Shown: one piece after another, positions 1 through 9,223 of the stretch | Layout of the letters: the number at the start of each line of letters is the position of its first letter | Numbering within the stretch: the stretch's first letter is position 1 | Assembly: GCA_947499505.1 (NCBI GenBank) | Contig: CANMOQ010000001.1 | Location: 42,037-106,036 of the forward strand | Length of the DNA: 64,000 nt | Direction: 5' to 3' | Origin: an uncultured Erythrobacter sp. | Lineage (GTDB): Bacteria; Pseudomonadota; Alphaproteobacteria; Sphingomonadales; Sphingomonadaceae | Program-made: the position numbers and the translations under genes | Notes under the pieces: model-generated | Databases searched by the model: none | Told to the model about the DNA's origin: nothing | Seen by the model: the letters and a program-made list of their open reading frames with translations, nothing else

Positions 1-13
1 TTACGGCTCGCCC

Positions 14-1024
14 GTGCAGGTGGGAATTGTGGGTGCCTATCTTTCCAGCCGTTGGCTTGGACCAGGGCGCGCTTTGGAGTTAGCAACCACCGTTGAGGAT
101 AATGCTGCCGGCCCCTTTGTCACCCGGCCCAGTGTCCACCGTTTCCATGGCGAGATGGGCCTGCCGATTGATCAGCTTTTTGCTCCGTGCAGGGGCTCTC
201 CGGTCTTGGCAGCCGCAGCCCAGACCGCCGATGGTGGATCAGTGCAGCTGCCGTTTTCCGCCTTTGGTGTGCAGCGCGGCGGGGTGGAGTTTCACCAATA
301 TTGGCTGCGCGCGAGCCGCCTGTCTGAGCAGGCCGATCTCACCGATTTTTCCCTGTCACTGGCGCTACAAAACGCCGCGCACAAACCGCCGCTGGCGCAA
401 TTGGCGCAGCTGCCGGTGGAGTTCGGAATTGCATTTGACCGCGCAGCCTATGGCAATGCGCTCTTGTCTTTTGCCAAGGCGGGCGGGGCGAGCGTGGTCG
501 AGGGCGTCAATGAACAAGAGCGGGATGCGGATCTGGCGATCCAATGCTCGCCCGATGCAAGCGCGCCCAAGTGGCAGGGACAAGAGCTTAGCATAGCGCC
601 GGAAAGCGATATTCCCGGGCTCGAATGGCACCATTTGAGCAGCGCGGCGCGGCGATTTGCAAATCTTGCAGCGCCCTTGTCCGACTGCGCGCCGGAGCAG
701 GCCGAATGGACCCGGCTTGCGGTGGCAGAGAATGAGCGGGTGGCGGATATGCGCGAGCTGCTGAGCATCGATGATCCGCTAAAGAGTTCACGGCCGGCTT
801 TGCAGCGCAAGGTGGAGGTTTTCGCCGCTTGCGGGCGGATCCCAACCGAGGATTATGAAGTTTTCACTCCGCCGGAATGGCTCGCCGCGCTTTGGGCGCG
901 CGGTGTTAGTCCGCGCCGGTCTGACCGGATGGCAGAGCGCCTGCCAGACGCTCAGCTGCTCGATTGGCTGGATCAATTGCGCGGGCAGATAGCCAGCCTA
1001 ACGCGGCAGGTGCAGGCGGCATGA
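14..1024 (+). CDS. Degenerate, shortened tryptophan-halogenase-family paralog (probable pseudo-enzyme)
   Basis: 336-aa ORF. N-terminus VGIVGAYLSSRW aligns with VVIAGGGTAGWM of the next gene, but the GxGxxG motif is destroyed. The GVEFHQYW block is shared verbatim with gene 1021-2553. The GVGEATIP, FKLGIEF and WxWxIP blocks are absent; the C-terminal third is still alignable. Stop overlaps the next start (ATGA at 1021-1024). The frame is open to position 2, so the start could lie just upstream of the window. Confidence 0.6.
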   Translation: MQVGIVGAYLSSRWLGPGRALELATTVEDNAAGPFVTRPSVHRFHGEMGLPIDQLFAPCRGSPVLAAAAQTADGGSVQLPFSAFGVQRGGVEFHQYWLRASRLSEQADLTDFSLSLALQNAAHKPPLAQLAQLPVEFGIAFDRAAYGNALLSFAKAGGASVVEGVNEQERDADLAIQCSPDASAPKWQGQELSIAPESDIPGLEWHHLSSAARRFANLAAPLSDCAPEQAEWTRLAVAENERVADMRELLSIDDPLKSSRPALQRKVEVFAACGRIPTEDYEVFTPPEWLAALWARGVSPRRSDRMAERLPDAQLLDWLDQLRGQIASLTRQVQAA

Positions 1025-2553
1025 CAGAGCGGCCAATCAAACGCGTCGTCATCGCGGGCGGGGGCACCGCTGGCTGGATGACGGCGGCGGCGCTCGCAAA
1101 AATGGTAATGCCCGCTGGTGTCTCCGTCACTCTGGTCGAATCCGAAGTGATCGGGACAGTCGGCGTTGGCGAAGCGACCATCCCGCCGATAACAAAGTTC
1201 AACACCCAGCTGGGCATTGATGAACACACCTTTGTGCGCGAGACGCAGGCGACCTTTAAACTCGGTATTGAGTTTGCCGATTGGGGCGGCTTGGGCGAAC
1301 GTTATTTCCACCCATTCGGCCGATACGGCTTCGATCTGGAGGGGGTCGAATTCCATCAATATTGGTCGCGGCTCAAAAGCCTGGGCGATACGCATGGCCT
1401 GGCTGACTATTCACTCAACACTTGCGCAGCCTATGCAGGCAAATTCCTGCGGCCAGAGCCTGACCATGGTGCCGTGATTGGCCAACTCGGCTACGCCTAT
1501 CACTTTGATGCCGGGCTATACGCAGCCTTCCTAAGGCGGTTTGCCGAAGGGCTCGGCGTCACCAGGATTGAGGGACGGATCGAAGAGGTTGAGCAAGACA
1601 GCGGCAGCGGCCTGATCACGGCTCTGTCCCTTGACCATGATCGCCGGATTGAGGGCGATCTGTTTATCGACAGCACCGGCTTTCGCGGGCTACTGATTGA
1701 TGGGACTATGGGCTCTGCGCACAAGGATTGGAGCCATTGGCTACCCTGCAACCGTGCTGTTGCTGTCGCTTGCGAGAAGCAAGGCGATCCGCTGCCTTAC
1801 ACCCGCTCAACCGCGCGCGAGGCCGGATGGCAATGGCGCATTCCGCTACAGCATCGCACCGGCAATGGCTATGTCTATTGCGACCAGCATCTAAGCGCTG
1901 AGCAGGCTGAGGAGACTTTACTGAGCAGCCTAGATGGTGCGCCGGTCTCTTCGCCCAATCATCTGCGGTTCCGCACCGGGCACCGCGAAGAATTCTGGGC
2001 TGGAAATTGCGTGGCGATTGGGCTGTCTTCCGGCTTTCTGGAGCCGTTGGAATCGACCAGCATTCACCTCATCCATATGGGTATAGCCAAGCTAGTCTCG
2101 CTGTTCCCCCGCAGCGCCGATGCTCCTGTCGAAAGGGCGGAATACAACCGGCTGATGACCGATGATTTCACCCATGTGCGCGACTTTCTGATCCTGCATT
2201 ACAAAGCGACCAAGCGCGATGATGCGCCGTTTTGGGATTACGTCCGGGAAATGGACATTCCAGAAAGTCTCGCGGGCAAGTTGGAGCTCCTGAAATCACA
2301 AGGGCGCTTCTTCAAATATGACGCCGAATTGTTCGACGTGACCAGCTGGCTCGCGGTGGCTGAGGGGCAGGGATGGGGGCCGCAAGGCTTCAACCCCATC
2401 GCCAGCGGATTGTCAGAAGCGAACCTCAAGGGCAGCCTTTCAAACATGCGCGCCAGCTATGCCAAAGCGGCTCAGGCAATGCCCACCCACCAAGCCTATA
2501 TTGACCGCTTTTGTAACGCGGCGCCCATCTCATTTGCGACGGAACCTGCATGA
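1021..2553 (+). CDS. Flavin-dependent tryptophan-halogenase-family protein (paralog A)
   Basis: ORF track gives 964-2553. I prefer ATG 1021 (MTERPIKRVVIAGGGTAGWM) because homology to the other paralogs begins there and it overlaps the upstream stop. Carries GxGxxG, GVGEATIP, FKLGIEF (PrnA Lys79-equivalent), GWQWRIPLQHRTGNGYVY (WxWxIP) and FLEPLESTS. Confidence 0.9.
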   Translation: MTERPIKRVVIAGGGTAGWMTAAALAKMVMPAGVSVTLVESEVIGTVGVGEATIPPITKFNTQLGIDEHTFVRETQATFKLGIEFADWGGLGERYFHPFGRYGFDLEGVEFHQYWSRLKSLGDTHGLADYSLNTCAAYAGKFLRPEPDHGAVIGQLGYAYHFDAGLYAAFLRRFAEGLGVTRIEGRIEEVEQDSGSGLITALSLDHDRRIEGDLFIDSTGFRGLLIDGTMGSAHKDWSHWLPCNRAVAVACEKQGDPLPYTRSTAREAGWQWRIPLQHRTGNGYVYCDQHLSAEQAEETLLSSLDGAPVSSPNHLRFRTGHREEFWAGNCVAIGLSSGFLEPLESTSIHLIHMGIAKLVSLFPRSADAPVERAEYNRLMTDDFTHVRDFLILHYKATKRDDAPFWDYVREMDIPESLAGKLELLKSQGRFFKYDAELFDVTSWLAVAEGQGWGPQGFNPIASGLSEANLKGSLSNMRASYAKAAQAMPTHQAYIDRFCNAAPISFATEPA

Positions 2554-4067
2554 ACCCTCATTTGCTCGACCGTGTTGTTATTGTTGGCGGCGGGACCGCC
2601 GGTTGGATGACAGCCGCAGCGCTCGGCCATCTGCTCGAAGGCTCGCCAACGAAAGTGACGCTGATCGAATCGGAGGCGATTGGAACGGTGGGCGTGGGCG
2701 AGGCGACCATTCCGCCAATTATCGCCTTCAACACCATGCTGGGCATTGATGAGAACGAGTTCGTTCGCGAGACCAACGCCACCTTCAAGCTCGGCATCGA
2801 GTTCGTCGATTGGTTCAAAAAGGGTGAGAGCTACATCCACCCGTTTGGCGATTTTGGACGGGATTTCGATGCCATCCCGTTTTACCAATATTGGCTGCAC
2901 CGCAACCTCGCCGGGTACAAGGACGATCTGTTTTCCTATTCGCTAATGGTCGAGGCTTGCCGGCGCGAGAAGTTCATGCGGGCCACGCCGGAGCGGCCGC
3001 AATCCGCCTTCGCCGGGATCAATTACGCGTTTCAGTTCGATGCCTCGCTTTATGCCGCGTTCCTGCGGCGCTTTGCGGAGGGCAAAGGTGTTGAACGGAT
3101 CGAAGGCCGGATCAGCAATGTCGTGCAAGACGGCGAGAGCGGCCATGTGCGCTCGCTCGAACTGGAATCCGGGCAATCCATTGATGGCGATTTCTTTATC
3201 GATTGCTCCGGCTTTCGCGGGCTGTTGATCGAGCAGACGCTGAAAACGGGCTATGAGGATTGGCGCAAGTGGCTGCCGTGTGACCGGGCGGTGGCGATCC
3301 CTTGCACCCGCGATGAATTTCCAATCCCCTATACTAGGGCCACGGCGCGCGAGGCTGGATGGCAATGGCGCATCCCGCTGCAACATCGCACCGGCAATGG
3401 CTATGTCTATTGCAGCGAGTTTCTGGACGATGACGCGGCCGAGCAGGCGCTGCTGAGCAATCTCGATGGCGAACCTTTGGCTGAACCCAATCGGCTGCGC
3501 TTTGTCACCGGGCACCGCAAGCAGTTCTGGAACGGCAATGTTCTGGCGCTTGGACTGGCGGCTGGCTTTATGGAGCCGCTGGAATCGACCAGCATTCACC
3601 TGGTCCAGACCAGCATCGCGCGGCTGCTGACGCATTTCCCGGACAAGCGCTTTAACCAACCGGATATCGATGCGTTCAACGCGCGCACTTTGAGGGAATA
3701 CATCCGGGTGCGCGATTTTCTACTGCTGCATTACACCGCGACCCAGCGCGATGACACGCCGTTCTGGCGGCATTGTCAGACGATCGAGCAGCCCGAAGAG
3801 CTGCGCCGCCGGATCGCGCAGTTCGAGCAAGGCGGGCGGATTTTTGAAGAGCCCAACGATATTTTCGGCACCGCCAGCTGGCTAGCAGTGATGTATGGCC
3901 AAGGGGTCGAGCCGCAGGCCAGCAACCCGTTAATTGCTAAGCTGCCGATGGAGCGAATTGATTCGATCCTGCACAAGGTCCGGGCAACAATTGATAACGC
4001 GGCCAACGATATGCCGACGCATCGTGCATTTATCGAAGAAAATTGCGCTTCAAATACAATACTTTAA
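2550..4067 (+). CDS. Flavin-dependent tryptophan-halogenase-family protein (paralog B)
   Basis: 505-aa ORF. ATGA overlap with the upstream stop at 2550-2553. Motifs VGGGTAGWM, GVGEATIPP, TFKLGIEF, GWQWRIPLQHRTGNGYVY and FMEPLESTS are all present. Confidence 0.9.
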   Translation: MNPHLLDRVVIVGGGTAGWMTAAALGHLLEGSPTKVTLIESEAIGTVGVGEATIPPIIAFNTMLGIDENEFVRETNATFKLGIEFVDWFKKGESYIHPFGDFGRDFDAIPFYQYWLHRNLAGYKDDLFSYSLMVEACRREKFMRATPERPQSAFAGINYAFQFDASLYAAFLRRFAEGKGVERIEGRISNVVQDGESGHVRSLELESGQSIDGDFFIDCSGFRGLLIEQTLKTGYEDWRKWLPCDRAVAIPCTRDEFPIPYTRATAREAGWQWRIPLQHRTGNGYVYCSEFLDDDAAEQALLSNLDGEPLAEPNRLRFVTGHRKQFWNGNVLALGLAAGFMEPLESTSIHLVQTSIARLLTHFPDKRFNQPDIDAFNARTLREYIRVRDFLLLHYTATQRDDTPFWRHCQTIEQPEELRRRIAQFEQGGRIFEEPNDIFGTASWLAVMYGQGVEPQASNPLIAKLPMERIDSILHKVRATIDNAANDMPTHRAFIEENCASNTIL

Positions 4068-4105
4068 ATTTCTGAGTGACGCGGAGGCCACGCCTTCCAC
4101 AAGAT

Positions 4106-4134
4106 TTGACAATCTCAGTTGACAAGGTTGTCAA
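4106..4134 (+). promoter_or_regulatory. TTGACAA direct repeat plus perfect palindrome TTGACAA-GG-TTGTCAA upstream of the TonB-dependent receptor gene
   Basis: TTGACAA at 4106-4112 and 4119-4125. Its reverse complement TTGTCAA is at 4128-4134, 2 nt after the second copy. Located 70-100 nt upstream of GTG 4205. TTGACA also equals the sigma70 -35 consensus. Confidence 0.35.
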
Positions 4135-4204
4135 TTTGGGATTGAATTAGGGGATAAGTTAGGGTGACCTCCGTATAGCGGGGGCTCTTAGGGGAGGAAA
4201 ATCA

Positions 4205-7200
4205 GTGAAACAGATTCGCGCTCGCGCCGTAGGTGGCGCCGTGTCCAAAACACTCATGGCGGGTGTTTCGTCCTTGGGATTGCTAGCCGCTGCGCCGGCA
4301 ATGGCTCAAGACGAGGCTGTGCAAGAGGGGGCTCCACAAGAAGGAGCTGAAGCGGCCAGTGAAGATGATGGCTTTATCATCGTTACCGGCATCCGCGCCT
4401 CGCTCGAAAGCGCACAAGGGATCAAGCGCAACGCGGATACCTTTGTTGATGTGATTACGTCCTCCGATATTGGCGCACTGCCAGATCGTTCTGTTTCAGA
4501 GGCGCTCCAACGGGTGCCGGGTGTTAGCGTCCTTCGTTTTGCTGGTCCTAACGATCCCGATCACTTTGCGGTTGAGGGTAGCGGCGTTGTTATCCGCGGT
4601 CTCCCGTTTGTGCGTTCGGAACTCAACGGCCGTGATGCGCTGGGTGCGAGCTCCAGCGGTGTGCTTGGCTTTGAAGACGTGTCGCCAGAGCTGCTGGGCA
4701 GCGTTGTTGTCTTCAAGAACTCATCTGCTGACCTGATTGAAGGCGGCGCAGCCGGTACCATCGACCTGCGTACGCGCCTCCCATTCGATAAGGGTGGTCA
4801 AGTGATTGCGCTGAGTGTTGAAGGTCAGCTGACCGACCTCGCTGATGAGGTGACGCCAGCGGCCTCGTTCCTGTATTCCAACACTTGGGATGTCGGTGGC
4901 GGCACTTTTGGTCTGCTTGGCAACATTTCGTACAGCCGCCTAAAGACACGCGGCGATGGTACTGGGCTTGCTGACTTTCGGGATAATGATCCAGGCGCGC
5001 TCTTAGGTGATCCGTCGGACGATTCAAACTTCATAACAGATGCCGCCGGCAATCCGCTTTACATTCCAGCAGGCGGCAGCGTCCGTACGCAGGAATTCGA
5101 CCGCGAGCGTCTTTCGATTGCAGCAGCGGCCCAATATGAGAGCGAAGATGGTCGTTGGGTTGCGACGGCTCAGTTCTTCCGATCGGATTCTGAGCTCGTT
5201 TGGGGTGAGAATGTCATTGAAACGGCCGCTGACGGTGCAGCGCGCAGCCGCCCCGGCCTTGATCGCTCCGATTTTACATTTGACGATGACGGCGTCTTCA
5301 CCAGCGGCACCATTACGGATAACTCGCAATGGCGTGGTCCAAATGGCGCAGCTTCGATTCTTTCGCCAACCGGTGGTCAACAGCTAAATCTGTTCCGCGA
5401 GCGATCAGAAGAAGACACGACCACCGATTATGGCTTCAATTTGAAATTTGCAGCGACGGATAATCTCCGCTTCAATTTCGATGCGCAATATGTCGACTCC
5501 ACGTCAGACGTGTTTGACGTAACCGTTCACAATAGCTTCTTCTCACCGGTCAGCATTGATCGAGATCGCGGTGGGGTCGCTTTTGTTGGCTTTGAGCCGT
5601 CGCAAAACTTCATTCGTTCGGCTATGGATCACACCACTCAAAATGACGCGGAAGCCTTGGCATTCCGCGGCGACGTTGAGTATGATTTCTCCGGTGACGG
5701 GTGGCTTCGATCGGTCCGTGCCGGTGCGCGTTATTCCGATGAGGAAATTCTGATTCGAGAGTCGACTTTCAACTGGGGCAATATCTCCGAGGTTTGGACC
5801 GGCGCATCGCCTCAAGGTGTTCCTGACACTCCGCTAATCCTGCCAAATGGCAACCAAAATCCAGCTCTCGAGGCTGTGGTCGCGCCTCTCTTTGGGACCT
5901 ATGCATTCCCGAACTATCAGCGCGGCATCGGTGTCGGTTTTTCAGGTACTGTGCCGAGCTATGTCGGTCCGGCGGCTGCTGATTTCCAGGGCTTTGCCGA
6001 TGCGTTTAATACCATTATCGACACCGCCTATGGTGTTGGAAATAACAGTCCGTCTGGCTGGCGACCACTTGGTTCACGTGCTGGAGTTATCGAAGGAACG
6101 CCGTTTCTTCCAAGTGAAATTGGGTCAGTTAAACGCGAAAACATAGCGGCTTATGTCCGTGCAGACTTCGGCTCTGATAACTTCCTCGGCGGCGAACTCA
6201 CCGGTAATATTGGTCTACGATATGTGCGTACCGATAGGTCCGTCGATACGACCACCACTGTTGATAGTTTTGCTAATCTGTTCCCGGATATTATTCCTGG
6301 TGATCCAACGACTGACCAATGCGATCCTGCTTTCCCTGGCGCGGCGGATCCAACCTTCTCCATTCCTGCAGCCTGTGCCAACCGCGATCAGTTAATTGCT
6401 CAATTTGGTGATGGGCAAATCATTCAAGAGCGGGTTGATGTAAGCTATGATGAGTGGCTTCCGAGCTTGAACTTGAAGCTGGAGTTTGACGGCGGTCACC
6501 TGTTCCGTTTCGCGGCCTCACGTACGCTAACACGTCCGGGTGTGACCCAACTGAACGAACGGGTTGAGGTGCAGGTCTTGCCGGATACTTCTGCAGGAGC
6601 AGGGCAGCCCAATTCCTTTGGCGGTTTTAGCTCGAACGCGACAGGTAATGCGTCTTTGACGCCGCAATTGTCGACTAATCTTGACCTTTCTTGGGAATGG
6701 TATTTCGGGCGGAGCAGCTCGCTGACGCTCACCGGTTTCTACAAGGAAATCGATGACTTCATCGCCTTTGCGCCTACTGAGATTAATGCTCAGATCGATG
6801 GTCTGACATTGCTTCGCAACACCGAAGTGAACACGGATGAGAATGCGTCTGTGAAGGGCGTTGAAATTGCCTATCAGCAATTCTTCGACTTCCTGCCTGG
6901 CGCGCTTAGCGGTCTCGGTTTGCAGGCGACCTACACCTACATCGATGCAGAGGGCGTAGCGAATACGCTGGATCCCGCCCTTGCTAGCACCAATCCGCCG
7001 ACAGCACGGTTTGCCATTGATGCTGATGTCTTCCCGCGGGTTTCGGAACACAACTTCAACATCATCGGCCTTTATGAAAAGGGTGGTGTACAGGCTCGTG
7101 TTGCTTACAACTGGCGCAGTGACTTCCAGTTGACACCGCGTGATGTGATCTTCCCATTTGCGTCGATCTATCAGCAATCAACGGGCCAACTTGATGCATC

Positions 7201-7369
7201 GCTCTTCTACGACATCAACGACAATCTGAAGATTGGTGTGCAAGGCGTGAACTTGCTCGATGACATCACCGTCACCGAGCAGACGATCAACGATGCCGGA
7301 CTGCGCGCACCGCGCAATTTCTTCCGCAACGACACCCGCTACAACTTCATTTTGCGGCTCAGTTACTGA
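4205..7369 (+). CDS. TonB-dependent receptor (outer-membrane transporter) 1
   Basis: 1054-aa ORF. GTG start preceded by GGAGG. Signal peptide ends AAAPAMAQD. Plug-domain block DTFVDVITSSDIGALPDRSVSEALQRVPGVSV. Long beta-barrel region with an aromatic C-terminus (...NFILRLSY). Confidence 0.92.
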   Translation: MKQIRARAVGGAVSKTLMAGVSSLGLLAAAPAMAQDEAVQEGAPQEGAEAASEDDGFIIVTGIRASLESAQGIKRNADTFVDVITSSDIGALPDRSVSEALQRVPGVSVLRFAGPNDPDHFAVEGSGVVIRGLPFVRSELNGRDALGASSSGVLGFEDVSPELLGSVVVFKNSSADLIEGGAAGTIDLRTRLPFDKGGQVIALSVEGQLTDLADEVTPAASFLYSNTWDVGGGTFGLLGNISYSRLKTRGDGTGLADFRDNDPGALLGDPSDDSNFITDAAGNPLYIPAGGSVRTQEFDRERLSIAAAAQYESEDGRWVATAQFFRSDSELVWGENVIETAADGAARSRPGLDRSDFTFDDDGVFTSGTITDNSQWRGPNGAASILSPTGGQQLNLFRERSEEDTTTDYGFNLKFAATDNLRFNFDAQYVDSTSDVFDVTVHNSFFSPVSIDRDRGGVAFVGFEPSQNFIRSAMDHTTQNDAEALAFRGDVEYDFSGDGWLRSVRAGARYSDEEILIRESTFNWGNISEVWTGASPQGVPDTPLILPNGNQNPALEAVVAPLFGTYAFPNYQRGIGVGFSGTVPSYVGPAAADFQGFADAFNTIIDTAYGVGNNSPSGWRPLGSRAGVIEGTPFLPSEIGSVKRENIAAYVRADFGSDNFLGGELTGNIGLRYVRTDRSVDTTTTVDSFANLFPDIIPGDPTTDQCDPAFPGAADPTFSIPAACANRDQLIAQFGDGQIIQERVDVSYDEWLPSLNLKLEFDGGHLFRFAASRTLTRPGVTQLNERVEVQVLPDTSAGAGQPNSFGGFSSNATGNASLTPQLSTNLDLSWEWYFGRSSSLTLTGFYKEIDDFIAFAPTEINAQIDGLTLLRNTEVNTDENASVKGVEIAYQQFFDFLPGALSGLGLQATYTYIDAEGVANTLDPALASTNPPTARFAIDADVFPRVSEHNFNIIGLYEKGGVQARVAYNWRSDFQLTPRDVIFPFASIYQQSTGQLDASLFYDINDNLKIGVQGVNLLDDITVTEQTINDAGLRAPRNFFRNDTRYNFILRLSY

Positions 7370-7401
7370 ACGGGGGCACAAGCTTCTTAGTAGGATCTCC
7401 C

Positions 7402-7443
7402 GAGACCCCCGGATGGCCATGCTGTCCGGGGGTCTTTGGGTTT
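7402..7443 (+). terminator. Rho-independent terminator after receptor gene 1
   Basis: GAGACCCCCGGA (7402-7413), an 11-nt loop, TCCGGGGGTCT (7425-7435), then TTGGGTTT. Confidence 0.7.
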
Positions 7444-7507
7444 AGGTAATGGATATGGTCCCAAAAACACGGCATGGACGGCCTGGGATCAATGGGGAGA
7501 GAATTTC

Positions 7508-9091
7508 GTGACGCTTGAGACGATCGATATCGTGATCATCGTAGGCTATGCTGTGGCATTGCTAGGCATTGCCTTGGCGGTGAGCCGCGAACCGAAGGGA
7601 CACGACAAGAACACCGAGGATTACTTTCTGGCCGGCCGCGCTTTGCCGTGGTGGGCGATTGGTGCCTCGCTGATTGCTTCGAACATTTCAGCGGAACAGA
7701 TCATCGGCCAGTCGGGCCAGGGCTTTGCCGTGGGCATCGCAATTGCTGCCTACGAATGGCAGGCGGCTCTCGTTCTGATCATCGTTGCGAAGTACTTCCT
7801 ACCGATTTTTTTGAAGCGGCGCATTTACACTATGCCGCAATTCCTGGAGCAGCGTTACGGCGAGGGCGTAAAGACGCTGATGAGCGTGTTCTGGGTCGCG
7901 CTGTACACCGCGGTCAACCTCACCACCGTGCTGTGGCTGGGCGGCCTTGCGGTGGAAAGCCTGACTGGCTGGGGCGTGCTGACGTCTATGGCGGCGCTGG
8001 CGGCGTTTGCGGCGCTCTACTCGCTCTATGGCGGTCTGAAGGCTGTTGCGCTTACGGATATCATCCAGGTTGTGATCCTGATCATTGGCGGCTTTGCGAT
8101 TACCTGGTTTGCGCTTGATGCGCTGCCAGCGGACGGCGCGCTGGGCGGGCTCGGCTACCTTATGGGAGAGATGCCGGGCCACTTTGAGATGATCCTTGAT
8201 AATGACCATCCGGCGTATAATGATTTGCCGGGCATCTGGACGCTGCTGGGCGGGCTGTGGGTGCTGCACTTCAGTTATTGGGGGTTCAACCAGTACATCA
8301 TCCAGCGCGCGCTTGGCGCAGAGAGCCTGGGCGAGGCGCAAAAGGGCCTGGCGTTCGCTGCGTTCCTCAAGCTGGTTGTGCCGTTTATTGTTGTGATCCC
8401 GGGCATTGCTGCGGTCATTCTAGCTCAGCAAGGCGCGCTTGATGGCGCAGCTCTGGCAGAGCGTTCAGACCGCACTTACGGCGAGTTGATGGGCTTTGCC
8501 CCTGCTGGCCTGCGCGGTCTGGTGTTTGCGGCTCTGATCGCAGCGGTGGTGAGTTCGCTCGCCTCGATGATGAACTCGATCTCGACCATCTTCACGATGG
8601 ATCTTTATCGCAGTGTGAAGCCCGATGAGACCGAGCGGCATTATGTGACAGTTGGCCGCGTGGCAGCCTTCACCGCAATGGCGCTGGCGCTGGTTCTGGC
8701 GCGGCCATTCCTCGGCGGCTTTGAAAGCGCGTTCCAGACGGTTCAGGAATACACCGGTTACATCGCGCCGGGTGTGGTGATCGTGTTCTTGCTCGGCTTC
8801 TTCGACAAGCGAGCGAATGCGGCCGGCGCCTTTACTGCGCTGATCGGATCGGTTGCGCTGAACATCATCGTCAACGCGGTTCTTCCTGATCTGCCGTTTG
8901 TGGTGCGGATCTGGATCGTGTTCCTGGTTGGCCTTGTTGCAGCTGCCATCGTCTCACGCATGACGGCGGCGCCTGATGAAGAGCAAACGGTAAAGCTGGG
9001 CGACATCGCCTTTGCCACCAGCGCGCTGTTCAACACGCTCGCCACCATCACCATCGCGATCCTCATCGGCCTCTACGCATACCTCTGGTAG
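7508..9091 (+). CDS. Sodium:solute symporter family (SLC5/SGLT-like) transporter
   Basis: The ORF track start 7436 lies inside the terminator hairpin. GTG 7508 has GGGGAGAG 6 nt upstream and opens directly into TM1 (VTLETIDIVIIVGYAVALLG). Many hydrophobic segments and SSF-like blocks (GRALPWWAIGASLIASNISAEQIIG; YGGLKAVALTDIIQ). Confidence 0.85.
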   Translation: MTLETIDIVIIVGYAVALLGIALAVSREPKGHDKNTEDYFLAGRALPWWAIGASLIASNISAEQIIGQSGQGFAVGIAIAAYEWQAALVLIIVAKYFLPIFLKRRIYTMPQFLEQRYGEGVKTLMSVFWVALYTAVNLTTVLWLGGLAVESLTGWGVLTSMAALAAFAALYSLYGGLKAVALTDIIQVVILIIGGFAITWFALDALPADGALGGLGYLMGEMPGHFEMILDNDHPAYNDLPGIWTLLGGLWVLHFSYWGFNQYIIQRALGAESLGEAQKGLAFAAFLKLVVPFIVVIPGIAAVILAQQGALDGAALAERSDRTYGELMGFAPAGLRGLVFAALIAAVVSSLASMMNSISTIFTMDLYRSVKPDETERHYVTVGRVAAFTAMALALVLARPFLGGFESAFQTVQEYTGYIAPGVVIVFLLGFFDKRANAAGAFTALIGSVALNIIVNAVLPDLPFVVRIWIVFLVGLVAAAIVSRMTAAPDEEQTVKLGDIAFATSALFNTLATITIAILIGLYAYLW

Positions 9092-9176
9092 AGTAGCTTA
9101 CATTCGGAGCTTGCGCTCTTCCGGGCAAAAATAAATCGCTCGGTTGCCGCAACGTCACCCCTTTTCAGTCCCTCGC

Positions 9177-9194
9177 AGTGATGCCACTATCACT
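9177..9194 (+). promoter_or_regulatory. Inverted repeat AGTGAT-N6-ATCACT upstream of the acyl-CoA dehydrogenase pair (candidate operator)
   Basis: Perfect 6-bp arms at 9177-9182 and 9189-9194, 30 nt upstream of ATG 9224. Confidence 0.3.
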
Positions 9195-9223
9195 TGCGTG
9201 GGACCGATCAGGAGTGAGAGAGC

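Noticed and set aside
7436-7507. Track start 7436 for the symporter.
   Set aside because: These codons lie within and just after the terminator hairpin of the upstream gene. GTG 7508 has a good Shine-Dalgarno sequence and begins at TM1.
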